Below, one piece after another: positions 39,595-47,482 of a DNA stretch of 53,066 bases. The position numbers and the translations under genes are program-made. A model generated the notes under the pieces. It did no database searches and was not told the origin of the DNA. It was given only the letters and a program-made list of their open reading frames with translations. Location of the stretch: sequence record DRR723986_22395; one strand, written 5' to 3'. Within the stretch, counting starts at the first letter, position 1. Every line of letters starts with the position of its first letter.

Positions 39595-39691
39595 TCTAAA
39601 TATGGGTTGTGTATTTGCATTCAAATATGTAACATTGCACACCCAAAACCAAGGTTTAAGGCGAATACGAGCCAAAACTGAAGTTAATTTC

Positions 39692-39765
39692 GGGCCTATA
39701 GCTCATTCGGTTAGAGCAACTGACTCATAATCAGTAGGTGCCTGGTTCGATCCCAGGTGGGCCCA
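39692..39765 (+). tRNA. tRNA with CAT anticodon, most likely tRNA-Ile2 (lysidine-modified)
   Basis: GGGCCTA/TGGGCCC acceptor stem, CTGA-CTCATAA-TCAG anticodon arm, GGTTCGA T-loop. C4/C5 acceptor pairs favour Ile2 over Met. CCA is not encoded. Confidence 0.92.
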
Positions 39766-39766
39766 C

Positions 39767-39798
39767 AAGCCATTCGTTAATTCGGATGGCTTTTTTTT
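39767..39798 (+). terminator. tRNA terminator
   Basis: AAGCCATTCG/CGGATGGCTT stem with a T8 run. Confidence 0.8.
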
Positions 39799-40166
39799 AT
39801 CTATAGCCATAAGTTGCTGCTAGATACTTTTAGCACTACACTTCATAATTTCTATACTGGGATTAATCAAGATATACCTGGATCAGGGATTCTTACTCAT
39901 AATCAACTCTTCGGTGCCAGCCATCGTTTTACAGCTAAAATTTCAGATTTGGAGCTATTTCTATTACTAGGCGCTGGTTTATCTGCTCATGCAAGCAGAA
40001 TGTTTTTGAGCACCAAAAAAAATCTAAAGCACGAAGTTTATTAAAGAGCTAAAGGAAAAAATGAATTAGACAATGTTCTTTTCGAATGATCCAATCAATC
40101 GATAATTTCATTTCTATAAAGGATCTTGGACCAATCGATTTTGAATTTACAAGTGTTCAAAACAAC

Positions 40167-40226
40167 TACAGACTTGGAACCAAAATCCTGAAGTCCTTTT
40201 CAGGTGATTACAATCCCAAGTCTGTA
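40167..40226. repeat. Branched inverted repeat downstream of cotH-like gene
   Basis: Perfect 11-bp TACAGACTTGG/CCAAGTCTGTA arms enclosing CCTGAA/TTCAGG and GATTACAATC. Confidence 0.6.
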
Positions 40227-40262
40227 CTAATAAATTTTTAAGTTAGTTTACAACCAACAAGA

Positions 40263-41660
40263 TTAATTCCCTAAATAGGCTTTTACTGCTGCTGCACGTT
40301 GAGCAGCATGTGATTTTAGTGTGCTTACTGCTGATTGAAAATCAGCACTGCTATTTAAGAAAGTATATCCGCGTGTTTCCGTGGTCGCATAGGGTTCAAT
40401 CAGCGTAGCATATTCGGTGTAAACAGCCTGTATTTCACTCGTGCTAAACACGCCATTGATTACCTCTTCCACATAGGTATCATACTTCCCTTTATAGACA
40501 GGATCGGCATACAAATACCCTATAAGTGGCCACTGAGTGGAAGAAAGACCTGAAAAATTCAAAGGTAAAGATCCTCCCATGTTTCCAGTTTGTAAGGCCT
40601 CGTTATTGTCCCAAGGAATCCAGTTCAGAAGTTTTGTGTCTGGATTATTATACAAGAAGTAATTGTGAGTCATCCTTCCATAGGTATCCCAGTTTTGGAT
40701 GACCGTATTCGCTGCTAGGTACTTTAAGAATACATCTGTATCCAAAACAGTCTCCAAATTGGCTCTCCACGCAGCAGGGTCACTAGTCCGGTTGCTGGCA
40801 TGCAAAGCAGAGAATAGATTCTGAATATCGGACCAATCAGCATCATCCTCATTGGTTTCTTTCACAAAAACAGATTCAGTAAATGAGCCTTCAGCAAAAC
40901 TTGCCCCAATACCATCCGGCTGATACAGATTCCCATCATTATCCGAAAACTGCGTGTCAATCAGCGTATCATCCACTTCTTCGACCATGGTGTATAATCC
41001 AAAATAAACTGGACCACTACCATTATCTACATAAACTCTATAAAATGCAGTATGCGAACTAGCTAATCCTGCATTTCTAAAAATATCCGCAGCCACCTTT
41101 TCACGAAGCATGGATTTATCATTGAAGTTATTTTTAAGACTTAGTTTTTTGAATCCGAAAAAGCGCTGATTTTTAATCTGCGGGTAGTTGTCTTCAAATT
41201 CATCAAAATCAAGTTTGAAAGACAGTTTCATATTCCCAGACTTCCAAGTTGAGGATAGACTGGAATTGCCTTTAAATCGAAGGCCTACTCGATACCATTC
41301 CTGCCCTTCGTAAAAAACCTCTGCTGGAACAAAAACAGGATTCTCCTCCGCAAATGAAGCTCCTCCGCCAGATCCTCCTCCTACTCCAAAGTTCCCATAT
41401 AGACTAGTCATATCGTCCAGCATTGCTTGCCAGCGGGCGGATGTAACTACAATGTCTATTCGCTTTACGACATTATCCTCAAAGACCTCTGCAAAATTTG
41501 GATCCGCATCGTTGCTGTGGGTTGCCACTCCCCAGTCTGTCGGCTCAAAATCTCCATCTGAATAATCTTCTTCAATAATTTCCTCCGGGGTAATGCTATC
41601 TACTTCACTGCAGGCTATGAAGAGGGAAAGTAAAATGATGGATAAGAGTAATTTTTTCAT
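40263..41660 (-). CDS. CotH kinase-family lipoprotein
   Basis: Lipobox FIAC, VGLRFKGNSS, KLSFKLDFD, LREKVA, GLYTMVEEVD, NWDTY...HNYFLY, WIPWDNN. Confidence 0.9.
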   Translation of the reverse strand: MKKLLLSIILLSLFIACSEVDSITPEEIIEEDYSDGDFEPTDWGVATHSNDADPNFAEVFEDNVVKRIDIVVTSARWQAMLDDMTSLYGNFGVGGGSGGGASFAEENPVFVPAEVFYEGQEWYRVGLRFKGNSSLSSTWKSGNMKLSFKLDFDEFEDNYPQIKNQRFFGFKKLSLKNNFNDKSMLREKVAADIFRNAGLASSHTAFYRVYVDNGSGPVYFGLYTMVEEVDDTLIDTQFSDNDGNLYQPDGIGASFAEGSFTESVFVKETNEDDADWSDIQNLFSALHASNRTSDPAAWRANLETVLDTDVFLKYLAANTVIQNWDTYGRMTHNYFLYNNPDTKLLNWIPWDNNEALQTGNMGGSLPLNFSGLSSTQWPLIGYLYADPVYKGKYDTYVEEVINGVFSTSEIQAVYTEYATLIEPYATTETRGYTFLNSSADFQSAVSTLKSHAAQRAAAVKAYLGN

Positions 41661-41798
41661 AAGTGATAGTTTTTAATGGTGATTTGAAGTTGGTTCAATT
41701 ATATACCTGTGATTTTTTGAAAACGTCCTAGGATGTATGACCTTACTTAAAACTCAGGCTTGACTATTCACCTTTTGGAGTTTCTATGAATGTGGAAA

Positions 41799-41936
41799 TT
41801 AGGATTGAGACAGGATAGATGCCTTTTGAAAATTAGGTTTACCTATATTCTTATGGTAAATAAACCCTCCCATCACGGCGGTGATTATTACCATTGCGAC
41901 CAAAAAAGGGACAACTAGTAACTTAAACTTTTTCAT
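41799..41936 (-). CDS. Small 45-aa single-TM peptide (not in ORF track)
   Basis: MKKFKLLVVPFLVAMVIITAVMGGFIYHKNIGKPNFQKASILSQS. The ATG lies 20 nt after an ECF motif copy. Confidence 0.5.
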   Translation of the reverse strand: MKKFKLLVVPFLVAMVIITAVMGGFIYHKNIGKPNFQKASILSQS

Positions 41937-41956
41937 ATCTCGGGGTTTAGAGATAT

Positions 41957-41983
41957 AGACGCGGCTTCTGAGTGAATCCCTCG
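41957..41983 (-). promoter_or_regulatory. ECF promoter motif CGAGGGA-N15-CGTCT, copy A
   Basis: CGAGGGA TTCACTCAGAAGCCG CGTCT, one of three exact copies. Confidence 0.8.
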
Positions 41984-42302
41984 GGTTGGTTACTTTTTTT
42001 CTTGTTTAAGTGAAAAAATTGAGGGGAAGGAATTTATTGTAAGATTATCCGCAATGAGGCCAGAAACCTTAGACTAATTTCTTATCTAAATGAAAAACAG
42101 ATACTTAGGCTACACTTAGTACGAGTGACCGGCGATCGAAATGTCCTCAATTCTTAAGTTTGACAAATCTCACATTGCTTTTGCCTCCTTACTAGTAGAA
42201 AGCGTATATACCTATTTATCTTAGTTCTGATCTCAATGAATAGTTTGCTACAAAAAACTGATGCCGCCTCATCAGTGAATGGACTCTCATCGTCTGTAAT
42301 AG

Positions 42303-42333
42303 AAAAGAGGCTGTCTCTCTATGAAACAGCCTC
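42303..42333 (-). terminator. Terminator of sigma/anti-sigma/Spy operon
   Basis: GAGGCTGTTTC...GAGACAGCCTC followed by TTTT on the minus strand. Confidence 0.7.
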
Positions 42334-42367
42334 CTATCGCTTTATAATATCTAAAAATACCGATTAC

Positions 42368-42838
42368 TTATCTATTCCTAGGCGGCATATTAGGTTGTTT
42401 TTGATCTGAGACCAAAACCCTCAACACATCTGCTATAATCTCATCAAAGTGTGCAAGCTGACTTTCATTACAAAGCGATTTCAAATCTTTAAAATGTTGG
42501 TATGTAACCGTGATTTTGTCTCCTTCAAGGCTTTCTATTTGTGCTAAAACCTCCTTCTCACCAGCTGAATCATTTGTTTTCAGATTATCGAAATAGTCCT
42601 TCACCATTTTCTTTTGCTCAGCTTCCAGCTTTGCCACCTTCTTGCTATGATCTAGTGCTAATTCAAAATATTTCTTCTTTTGTTCCTCATTCAGGTCTAG
42701 CTTTTCTGAGATTTTCTTCATCAATCCGCCCTCATTTGGAGGAGGCATTTTCGGTCCTCGCAACATCATGAAGATCAATACTCCATTAATCACCAGCATC
42801 AGGATCAATCCTATCTTATAAAGGTTTGTATTATTCAT
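42368..42838 (-). CDS. Membrane-anchored Spy/CpxP-like (periplasmic heavy-metal-sensor-like) protein
   Basis: N-terminal TM (LVING), PPP linker, LDLNEEQ and LCNESQ LTxxQ-like repeats. Confidence 0.75.
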   Translation of the reverse strand: MNNTNLYKIGLILMLVINGVLIFMMLRGPKMPPPNEGGLMKKISEKLDLNEEQKKKYFELALDHSKKVAKLEAEQKKMVKDYFDNLKTNDSAGEKEVLAQIESLEGDKITVTYQHFKDLKSLCNESQLAHFDEIIADVLRVLVSDQKQPNMPPRNR

Positions 42839-43109
42839 TGCTGTAAATATTAAAATCAGAAATTAAAACCGAATAAGAATCGTTAGAAATTGAAGTTGCA
42901 GTAGTTTGATCATAGTTCAAGATAAAAAACAGATTACCTCCTACAATCGCAGTGACGCAAGCCGCCACAGCAAGCCACCTCAGAGGAGTTACCTGCTTTT
43001 GCTTTTGTAACTTAATCTGTTGCTCGATTTTACGAAATGCACCAGCAGGAACTTCAGAGCGATCTGCTCCCTTCATGCTTGACAATATTTCATCTTTCCA
43101 GTTTTCCAT
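42831..43109 (-). CDS. Putative single-TM anti-sigma factor
   Basis: Directly after the ECF gene. Short N-terminal domain followed by WLAVAACVTAIVGGN TM. Confidence 0.7.
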   Translation of the reverse strand: MENWKDEILSSMKGADRSEVPAGAFRKIEQQIKLQKQKQVTPLRWLAVAACVTAIVGGNLFFILNYDQTTATSISNDSYSVLISDFNIYSNE

Positions 43110-43115
43110 TTAGTA

Positions 43116-43718
43116 TTAAGACGGATTTTTTGGTGAATTCCCTCGCTCGGGAAAATGTTTTTCTAAAGCAACTTTTAAATTAGCCTTTGCCCGCTGCAAC
43201 AGAGACTCCACGGCTTTGCGTGTAGTCTGCAAAATATCGGCTACCTCCTGCTGTGAAAGATCTTCAATTTGGGTAAGGATAAATACCGTTTTCTGCTTCT
43301 CCGACAATTCGTCTATGACGCGAAAAAGTATCCTGGCGTTCTCTTGGTTTTCCAATTTGACGCCAGGATGTATAAAGTCAACAGACTCGTACTTGATCTC
43401 AGCAGAATCTTTCTTATAGAGGGAAGAAAATATACCGAATCGCTTTGTGCTGTTCTTTTTCCTAAGAAAATCCAAGGCCTTGTTTACAGAAATCCTATAA
43501 ATCCAAGTACTCACAGAAGAGTCAGCTCGAAATGTCTTTGCTGTATTATAAACTGTCATAAAAACATCCTGAAGCAATTCTTCAGCATCCTCTGCATTTT
43601 TCGTATAGCTGAGAAGCGTATTATAAACTTTGGGAGAATAGTGGTCATAAAGCATTTTGAAAGCCAAATCATTGCCTTCAATTAGTTGCCGGATCCACAA
43701 ACTATCCTCTCGTGTCAT
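43116..43718 (-). CDS. RNA polymerase ECF-type sigma-70 factor
   Basis: DAEELLQDVF, STWIYRISVN, LSEKQKTVFIL..IEDLSQQEVADIL...AVESLLQRAK. Confidence 0.95.
   Translation of the reverse strand: MTREDSLWIRQLIEGNDLAFKMLYDHYSPKVYNTLLSYTKNAEDAEELLQDVFMTVYNTAKTFRADSSVSTWIYRISVNKALDFLRKKNSTKRFGIFSSLYKKDSAEIKYESVDFIHPGVKLENQENARILFRVIDELSEKQKTVFILTQIEDLSQQEVADILQTTRKAVESLLQRAKANLKVALEKHFPERGNSPKNPS
43119..43145 (-). promoter_or_regulatory. ECF promoter motif, copy B, inside last codons of sigma gene
   Basis: CGAGGGA ATTCACCAAAAAATC CGTCT, 9 nt before the anti-sigma ATG. Confidence 0.8.
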
Positions 43719-43757
43719 TCTTTTGATTTACTTGAAAACAAAGTGTTCAAAATCTGA

Positions 43758-44552
43758 TCACTTATAATTGACCAATATATCAGCAATTTTTTGAAGATCT
43801 GGCTCTGAGATCTCTGTAACCGGAGCCAACGGGAAAATTTGTTGACCAGGACGGGAGATAAATGCAGCTCTCCAATTCGCCCACATCGCACCGGCAACAT
43901 CCCAACCATGTGCGGCTATGAGCATACATTCTTCAGGTTTTACACCCACTTTTTCAGCAGCCCAAGTGTAGGTCTCTGAAAAGGGCTTGAATTTCCCTAC
44001 ATCTTCCACACTCAGTCTTTCGTCGAAGAATTCCAACAAACCGGCATATTCAAATTGCTTTTTTACGCCTTCATTGGAAGAATTAGTAAAGGACACCAAC
44101 TTGTATCCAGCGGCTTTTAATTGACCCAAAGCAGCTTTGACCTCTGGATGTGCAGGCAAAGAACTGATAGATTTGCCAATGGTCTCTCTTGCATCAGCTT
44201 CAGAAATAGCTATTCCGTTGTTTGCGGCAACCATTTGCAAGGCAGCAGCTCCCACATAACCAAAATGCTCGTATTGCCCGCCTGCAGAAACTACAAGAGA
44301 ATACTGAAGCATGGTAGTAAACCAAAGCGGCATCAAATCCTCTCTCCCACCAAGTGCTGCACTCACCTGCTTTTTCATCGCAGTAAGATCAAGGAGTGTT
44401 TCGTTTACATCAAAAAACAAAACCTTTGGTCGAGTGGCATAGGTTAATATGGTATTTTCGGTTGAGTTTGTCATAGCAAAATTTGGTAAAATCATTCCTC
44501 CAGCCCCTACTATTCCTATATTTTTAATAAAAGCCCTTCTTGTGTCAAACAT
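43758..44552 (-). CDS. L-2-haloacid dehalogenase (HAD type II) with twin-arginine signal
   Basis: TRRAFIK Tat motif, FFDVNETLLD, TNS, FKP, AAHGWDVAGA. Confidence 0.88.
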   Translation of the reverse strand: MFDTRRAFIKNIGIVGAGGMILPNFAMTNSTENTILTYATRPKVLFFDVNETLLDLTAMKKQVSAALGGREDLMPLWFTTMLQYSLVVSAGGQYEHFGYVGAAALQMVAANNGIAISEADARETIGKSISSLPAHPEVKAALGQLKAAGYKLVSFTNSSNEGVKKQFEYAGLLEFFDERLSVEDVGKFKPFSETYTWAAEKVGVKPEECMLIAAHGWDVAGAMWANWRAAFISRPGQQIFPLAPVTEISEPDLQKIADILVNYK

Positions 44553-44979
44553 GTGTTGATTTTTTTGTTGGTGATGATTTGTATAAGTATAGGTTAAAGA
44601 AAACTAGAATTAAGTAAGCAATTGGTATTAAGGGAGGCTTAATCCCCAAAGGCAAAACTGCAGCAGGAACATTTGGATGAAGGTGCACATAACTAGCCAC
44701 CAACATCATGAGAATGACTGTCATATTTGCCAGGTAAAAGGTAGTTTCTCTCATCCTTAATTTTAATTCATTGCCATAAAATGCCAGATAAATTAAAACC
44801 AATCCTACTGTAAGTTGGCTAAATTTGACCAAAAACTGCATCTGATCTGGAAAAGGGATAGCACTTAAAACCAATTGCTGATTGACCAAAGTTTTGAAAG
44901 GCTCCATAAACTTACCCACTCCTGGCAATAGCACAATTACCCCCAAAATACCACTTAAAATTCTAACTGATTTCTTCAT
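44545..44979 (-). CDS. DoxX-like membrane protein
   Basis: Four hydrophobic segments, GKF...P...Q/E...G pattern, ASYVH. Confidence 0.65.
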   Translation of the reverse strand: MKKSVRILSGILGVIVLLPGVGKFMEPFKTLVNQQLVLSAIPFPDQMQFLVKFSQLTVGLVLIYLAFYGNELKLRMRETTFYLANMTVILMMLVASYVHLHPNVPAAVLPLGIKPPLIPIAYLILVFFNLYLYKSSPTKKSTHV

Positions 44980-44996
44980 TGATAGGTCTTAATGAA

Positions 44997-45026
44997 ACAA
45001 GAACAAATCCGAAAATTTGCTCTTGT
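44997..45026 (-). other. 12-bp intercistronic hairpin (attenuator or mRNA stabiliser)
   Basis: Minus strand ACAAGAGCAAAT-TTTCGG-ATTTGTTCTTGT (one G-U pair) with a weak T tail. Confidence 0.55.
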
Positions 45027-45036
45027 CCTAATGTGA

Positions 45037-45597
45037 TTAATTAGCTGTTTCAGGGTTCCAAGCGTACTTTTCAAATGGTTTATCCACAGGTGTTTCAGCA
45101 AGGTGATTTGTATAATTACTGATTATTTTCTGAGATAAGCCAAGTATTATCTCAAGCAAGTGGCGCTCGCCATAACCTGCAGCGTAGAATGCTGCAACCT
45201 CCTCATCTAATAGATTACCTCGCTTGCGAACCATCGCCAAAGTTGTTTCGTGCAGCACCTGAAGCTTCGAGTTTGGCAAAGCCGTCCCTTCTCTTAGAGC
45301 TTCGGTAATTGCGTCATCCACTTTCATCATTTTCGCTATTCCCGTATGTGCCGGAACACAATAATGACACTCATGCTCCACATTAATTGTTTGCCACACT
45401 ACGGTTAATTCCTCGTTATTAAATGAGGAATTGACGAAAAGTTCATGAATTTTTTGATAGGCTTCCAATAGGCCCGGAGCTCCTGCTAGTACCCCGTAAA
45501 GACCTGGAATGTATCCATTCTTTTTTTGGGAATTTTCTAAAAACACCTTGCTCTCTTGAGGTGCTGAAACTAAATCGTGAATCGTTAATTTACTCAT
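45037..45597 (-). CDS. Carboxymuconolactone decarboxylase / AhpD-like protein
   Basis: HECHYCVPAH CxxC..H motif, SNYTNH. Confidence 0.88.
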   Translation of the reverse strand: MSKLTIHDLVSAPQESKVFLENSQKKNGYIPGLYGVLAGAPGLLEAYQKIHELFVNSSFNNEELTVVWQTINVEHECHYCVPAHTGIAKMMKVDDAITEALREGTALPNSKLQVLHETTLAMVRKRGNLLDEEVAAFYAAGYGERHLLEIILGLSQKIISNYTNHLAETPVDKPFEKYAWNPETAN

Positions 45598-45616
45598 AGT
45601 AAGTTGGTTTAGTTAA

Positions 45617-45642
45617 AATATCTAAACGAATGTTTAGATATT
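45617..45642. promoter_or_regulatory. TetR operator 1 (palindrome)
   Basis: AATATCTAAAC-GAAT-GTTTAGATATT with perfect 11-bp arms, 19 nt upstream of the AhpD-like gene. Confidence 0.8.
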
Positions 45643-45659
45643 AGGCAAATAAATTATTG

Positions 45660-46223
45660 CTATAGAATTTTAAATATGTTTTCAATAAAAACTGACAATT
45701 GATCTTTCCTAAAGACCCTTGAAGCTGACCCTAGCCCATATAGAGAGATAATTAGATAATCAGCATACTCCTCAATTTTACTCCTATTCAAGCCTGCTTC
45801 CTGACCAAGGTTATTCACAAACAACTCTTTGATCTCTACAATAAAATGTTGAAGCTGCATTAAGATCTCCGGATCTGCATCCTTTCCCAGTTCATTGGAA
45901 GTATTGGTAACTAGGCAACCTTTGCAAGACTCATTTTCTTTGGAAAACTCGAGAAAAGCATAGAAATATTCCTTTATACCCTGTATCCCATTATTGGAAG
46001 ATTGAAGCACCGTAGTAATGACCGAAAGCTTCTTTTTATAGCATTTAATACTTTCCAGAAACAGGCCATTTTTACTTCCAAAACTCGAGTAAATGGAAAA
46101 CTTATTGATCCCCATTTCCTTTTCAAGCATCTGCATAGAAGTAGTCTCATAGCCATTTCTCCAGAAAAGGCTCATCGCTTTTTCAATTACTTCCTCTTCG
46201 CTATAATTCTTACTTCTTGCCAT
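45660..46223 (-). CDS. TetR/AcrR regulator (NemR/ComR-like)
   Basis: Start moved to ATG 46223 (MARSKNY). FWRNGYETTSM..L..MGI...SIYSSFGSK HTH, CKGCLVTN. Confidence 0.92.
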   Translation of the reverse strand: MARSKNYSEEEVIEKAMSLFWRNGYETTSMQMLEKEMGINKFSIYSSFGSKNGLFLESIKCYKKKLSVITTVLQSSNNGIQGIKEYFYAFLEFSKENESCKGCLVTNTSNELGKDADPEILMQLQHFIVEIKELFVNNLGQEAGLNRSKIEEYADYLIISLYGLGSASRVFRKDQLSVFIENIFKIL

Positions 46224-46240
46224 TTTAATGAATAAGTACA

Positions 46241-46261
46241 CAAACCTAACCAATCGTTTAG
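46241..46261 (-). promoter_or_regulatory. TetR operator 2 overlapping -7 promoter TAGGTTTG
   Basis: Minus strand CTAAACGATTGGTTAG (14/16 match to the operator-1 core CTAAACGAATGTTTAG) overlaps an exact TAnnTTTG. Confidence 0.75.
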
Positions 46262-46397
46262 ATTAAAGCAATTAATCCCGGAATATTTAAACGGTATTGT
46301 TCAATCTTGCAAGGACACTGTATTGAAAAATTGAGTCTCACCTTTATGAAAACTAGCGTAGTCATCGATGATATCATACTCCTACAGTAATGGTAAG

Positions 46398-46429
46398 AAA
46401 AAAGCTGCCTCTTAAATGAGGCAGCTTTT
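46398..46429 (-). terminator. Terminator of YHYH operon
   Basis: AAAAGCTGCCTC/GAGGCAGCTTTT stem with T run. Confidence 0.8.
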
Positions 46430-46450
46430 CAATAAACCCACAGCCAATTA

Positions 46451-46780
46451 TTAGTCCTTTCTTGGAGGGCCTTGTCTTTCCTGCATTTTCTTAAACTTTG
46501 CAGCTTGATCTTCAGTGAGCGTCTTAAGGAGGGCATCATTCATCTCTTTGCGAGTCTCTCCTGCTTTCTTTCTATCCTTCTCTACGGAACTGTATTTCTT
46601 CATTATGGTCTCCCACTCTTTCACTTGCTCCTCACTCAACTTAAGTTCAGTTGTAGCTTTTTTAAGCATTTCCTCCTGAGAAGGTGGGCCCTGACGCTCC
46701 TGACCTTGACGAGGTTGACCTTGGGCAAAGCCAAAAATGGTGAATCCCATCATACAAATTCCTAATACTAACTTTTTCAT
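46451..46780 (-). CDS. Small secreted Spy/LTxxQ-like protein
   Basis: Signal peptide (FGFAQ), QGPP ends, LKLSEEQ and LTEDQ repeats. Confidence 0.75.
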   Translation of the reverse strand: MKKLVLGICMMGFTIFGFAQGQPRQGQERQGPPSQEEMLKKATTELKLSEEQVKEWETIMKKYSSVEKDRKKAGETRKEMNDALLKTLTEDQAAKFKKMQERQGPPRKD

Positions 46781-46804
46781 TTTTTTTTGGTTTAATTTGA
46801 AATT

Positions 46805-47482
46805 CTACGTGTTTTTAAGTGTTTTAATATCTGATATGAGCTGAAGTACAGATGTTTTATTTAGCCCATTATAAATCCCTCGGATATGACGATCCCTATC
46901 GATTAGGAGAAAATTTTCCGTATGAAGAAATTCATCTGGATCCTTTAACAAACCGAGATCCTCCTCCACGAAATATTGATTTCTGGCGAGTTCGTAGATC
47001 TGCTCTCTTGCTCCCGTAAGCAAATGCCATTTTCCTGATTCTACTCCATGCTCATCAGCATATTCTTTCAAAATAGGCACCTGATCAAACTCAGGTGTAA
47101 CGGAATGTGAAAGTAAAGTCACCTGATCGTCATGTTTAAAAGCTTCCTGTACCAAGGCCATATTTGCAGTCATTTTAGGGCAGATTCCCGGACAAGTCGT
47201 GAAAAAGAAATCCACCACGAATATCTTTCCTTTCAAATCTTGATCTGAGATAGTATCCCCAAGCTGGTTCTGAAAATTAAATGCTGGTATCTGATGAAAA
47301 TCACTTGGTAAATCATCTTCACTTTCGTACCACACTGGTGTGAATGTGGCATCCTGATAATATGGGAGTTGCTCTACACTAGTAGTTTCAGCAAACGCTG
47401 TGATTCCTGCTTGATTTTCACTGGTCTTTTCTGCACAGGCAGCTAGGAGTATAACCAGAAATAGGTTAAGATATCTAGTCAT
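46805..47482 (-). CDS. SCO1/SenC-family copper chaperone lipoprotein
   Basis: Start moved to ATG 47482. Lipobox LAAC, FFFTTCPGICP (CxxxC), WHLLTG, FLHTENF His ligand. Confidence 0.92.
   Translation of the reverse strand: MTRYLNLFLVILLAACAEKTSENQAGITAFAETTSVEQLPYYQDATFTPVWYESEDDLPSDFHQIPAFNFQNQLGDTISDQDLKGKIFVVDFFFTTCPGICPKMTANMALVQEAFKHDDQVTLLSHSVTPEFDQVPILKEYADEHGVESGKWHLLTGAREQIYELARNQYFVEEDLGLLKDPDEFLHTENFLLIDRDRHIRGIYNGLNKTSVLQLISDIKTLKNT

Noticed and set aside
39595-39675. N-terminal extensions in the ORF track (also 4805-4888, 46224-46253, 47483-47500)
   Set aside because: They overlap promoters, operators or neighbouring genes. Downstream ATGs give family-typical N-termini or signal peptides.
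39692-39765. tRNA-Met (initiator or elongator)
   Set aside because: It has a G1-C72 pair and no GGG/CCC anticodon stem, so it is not the initiator. The acceptor stem resembles Ile2; elongator Met is not fully excluded.
39814-40044. 76-aa ORF with LLLGAGLS resembling a SIR2 N-terminal motif
   Set aside because: Too short, TTG start, no other sirtuin motifs. Probably chance or a decayed membrane-protein fragment.
41700-41730. A further ECF-like promoter (TAGGAC...GTATA) directly before cotH
   Set aside because: Single occurrence that does not match the CGAGGGA-N15-CGTCT motif.
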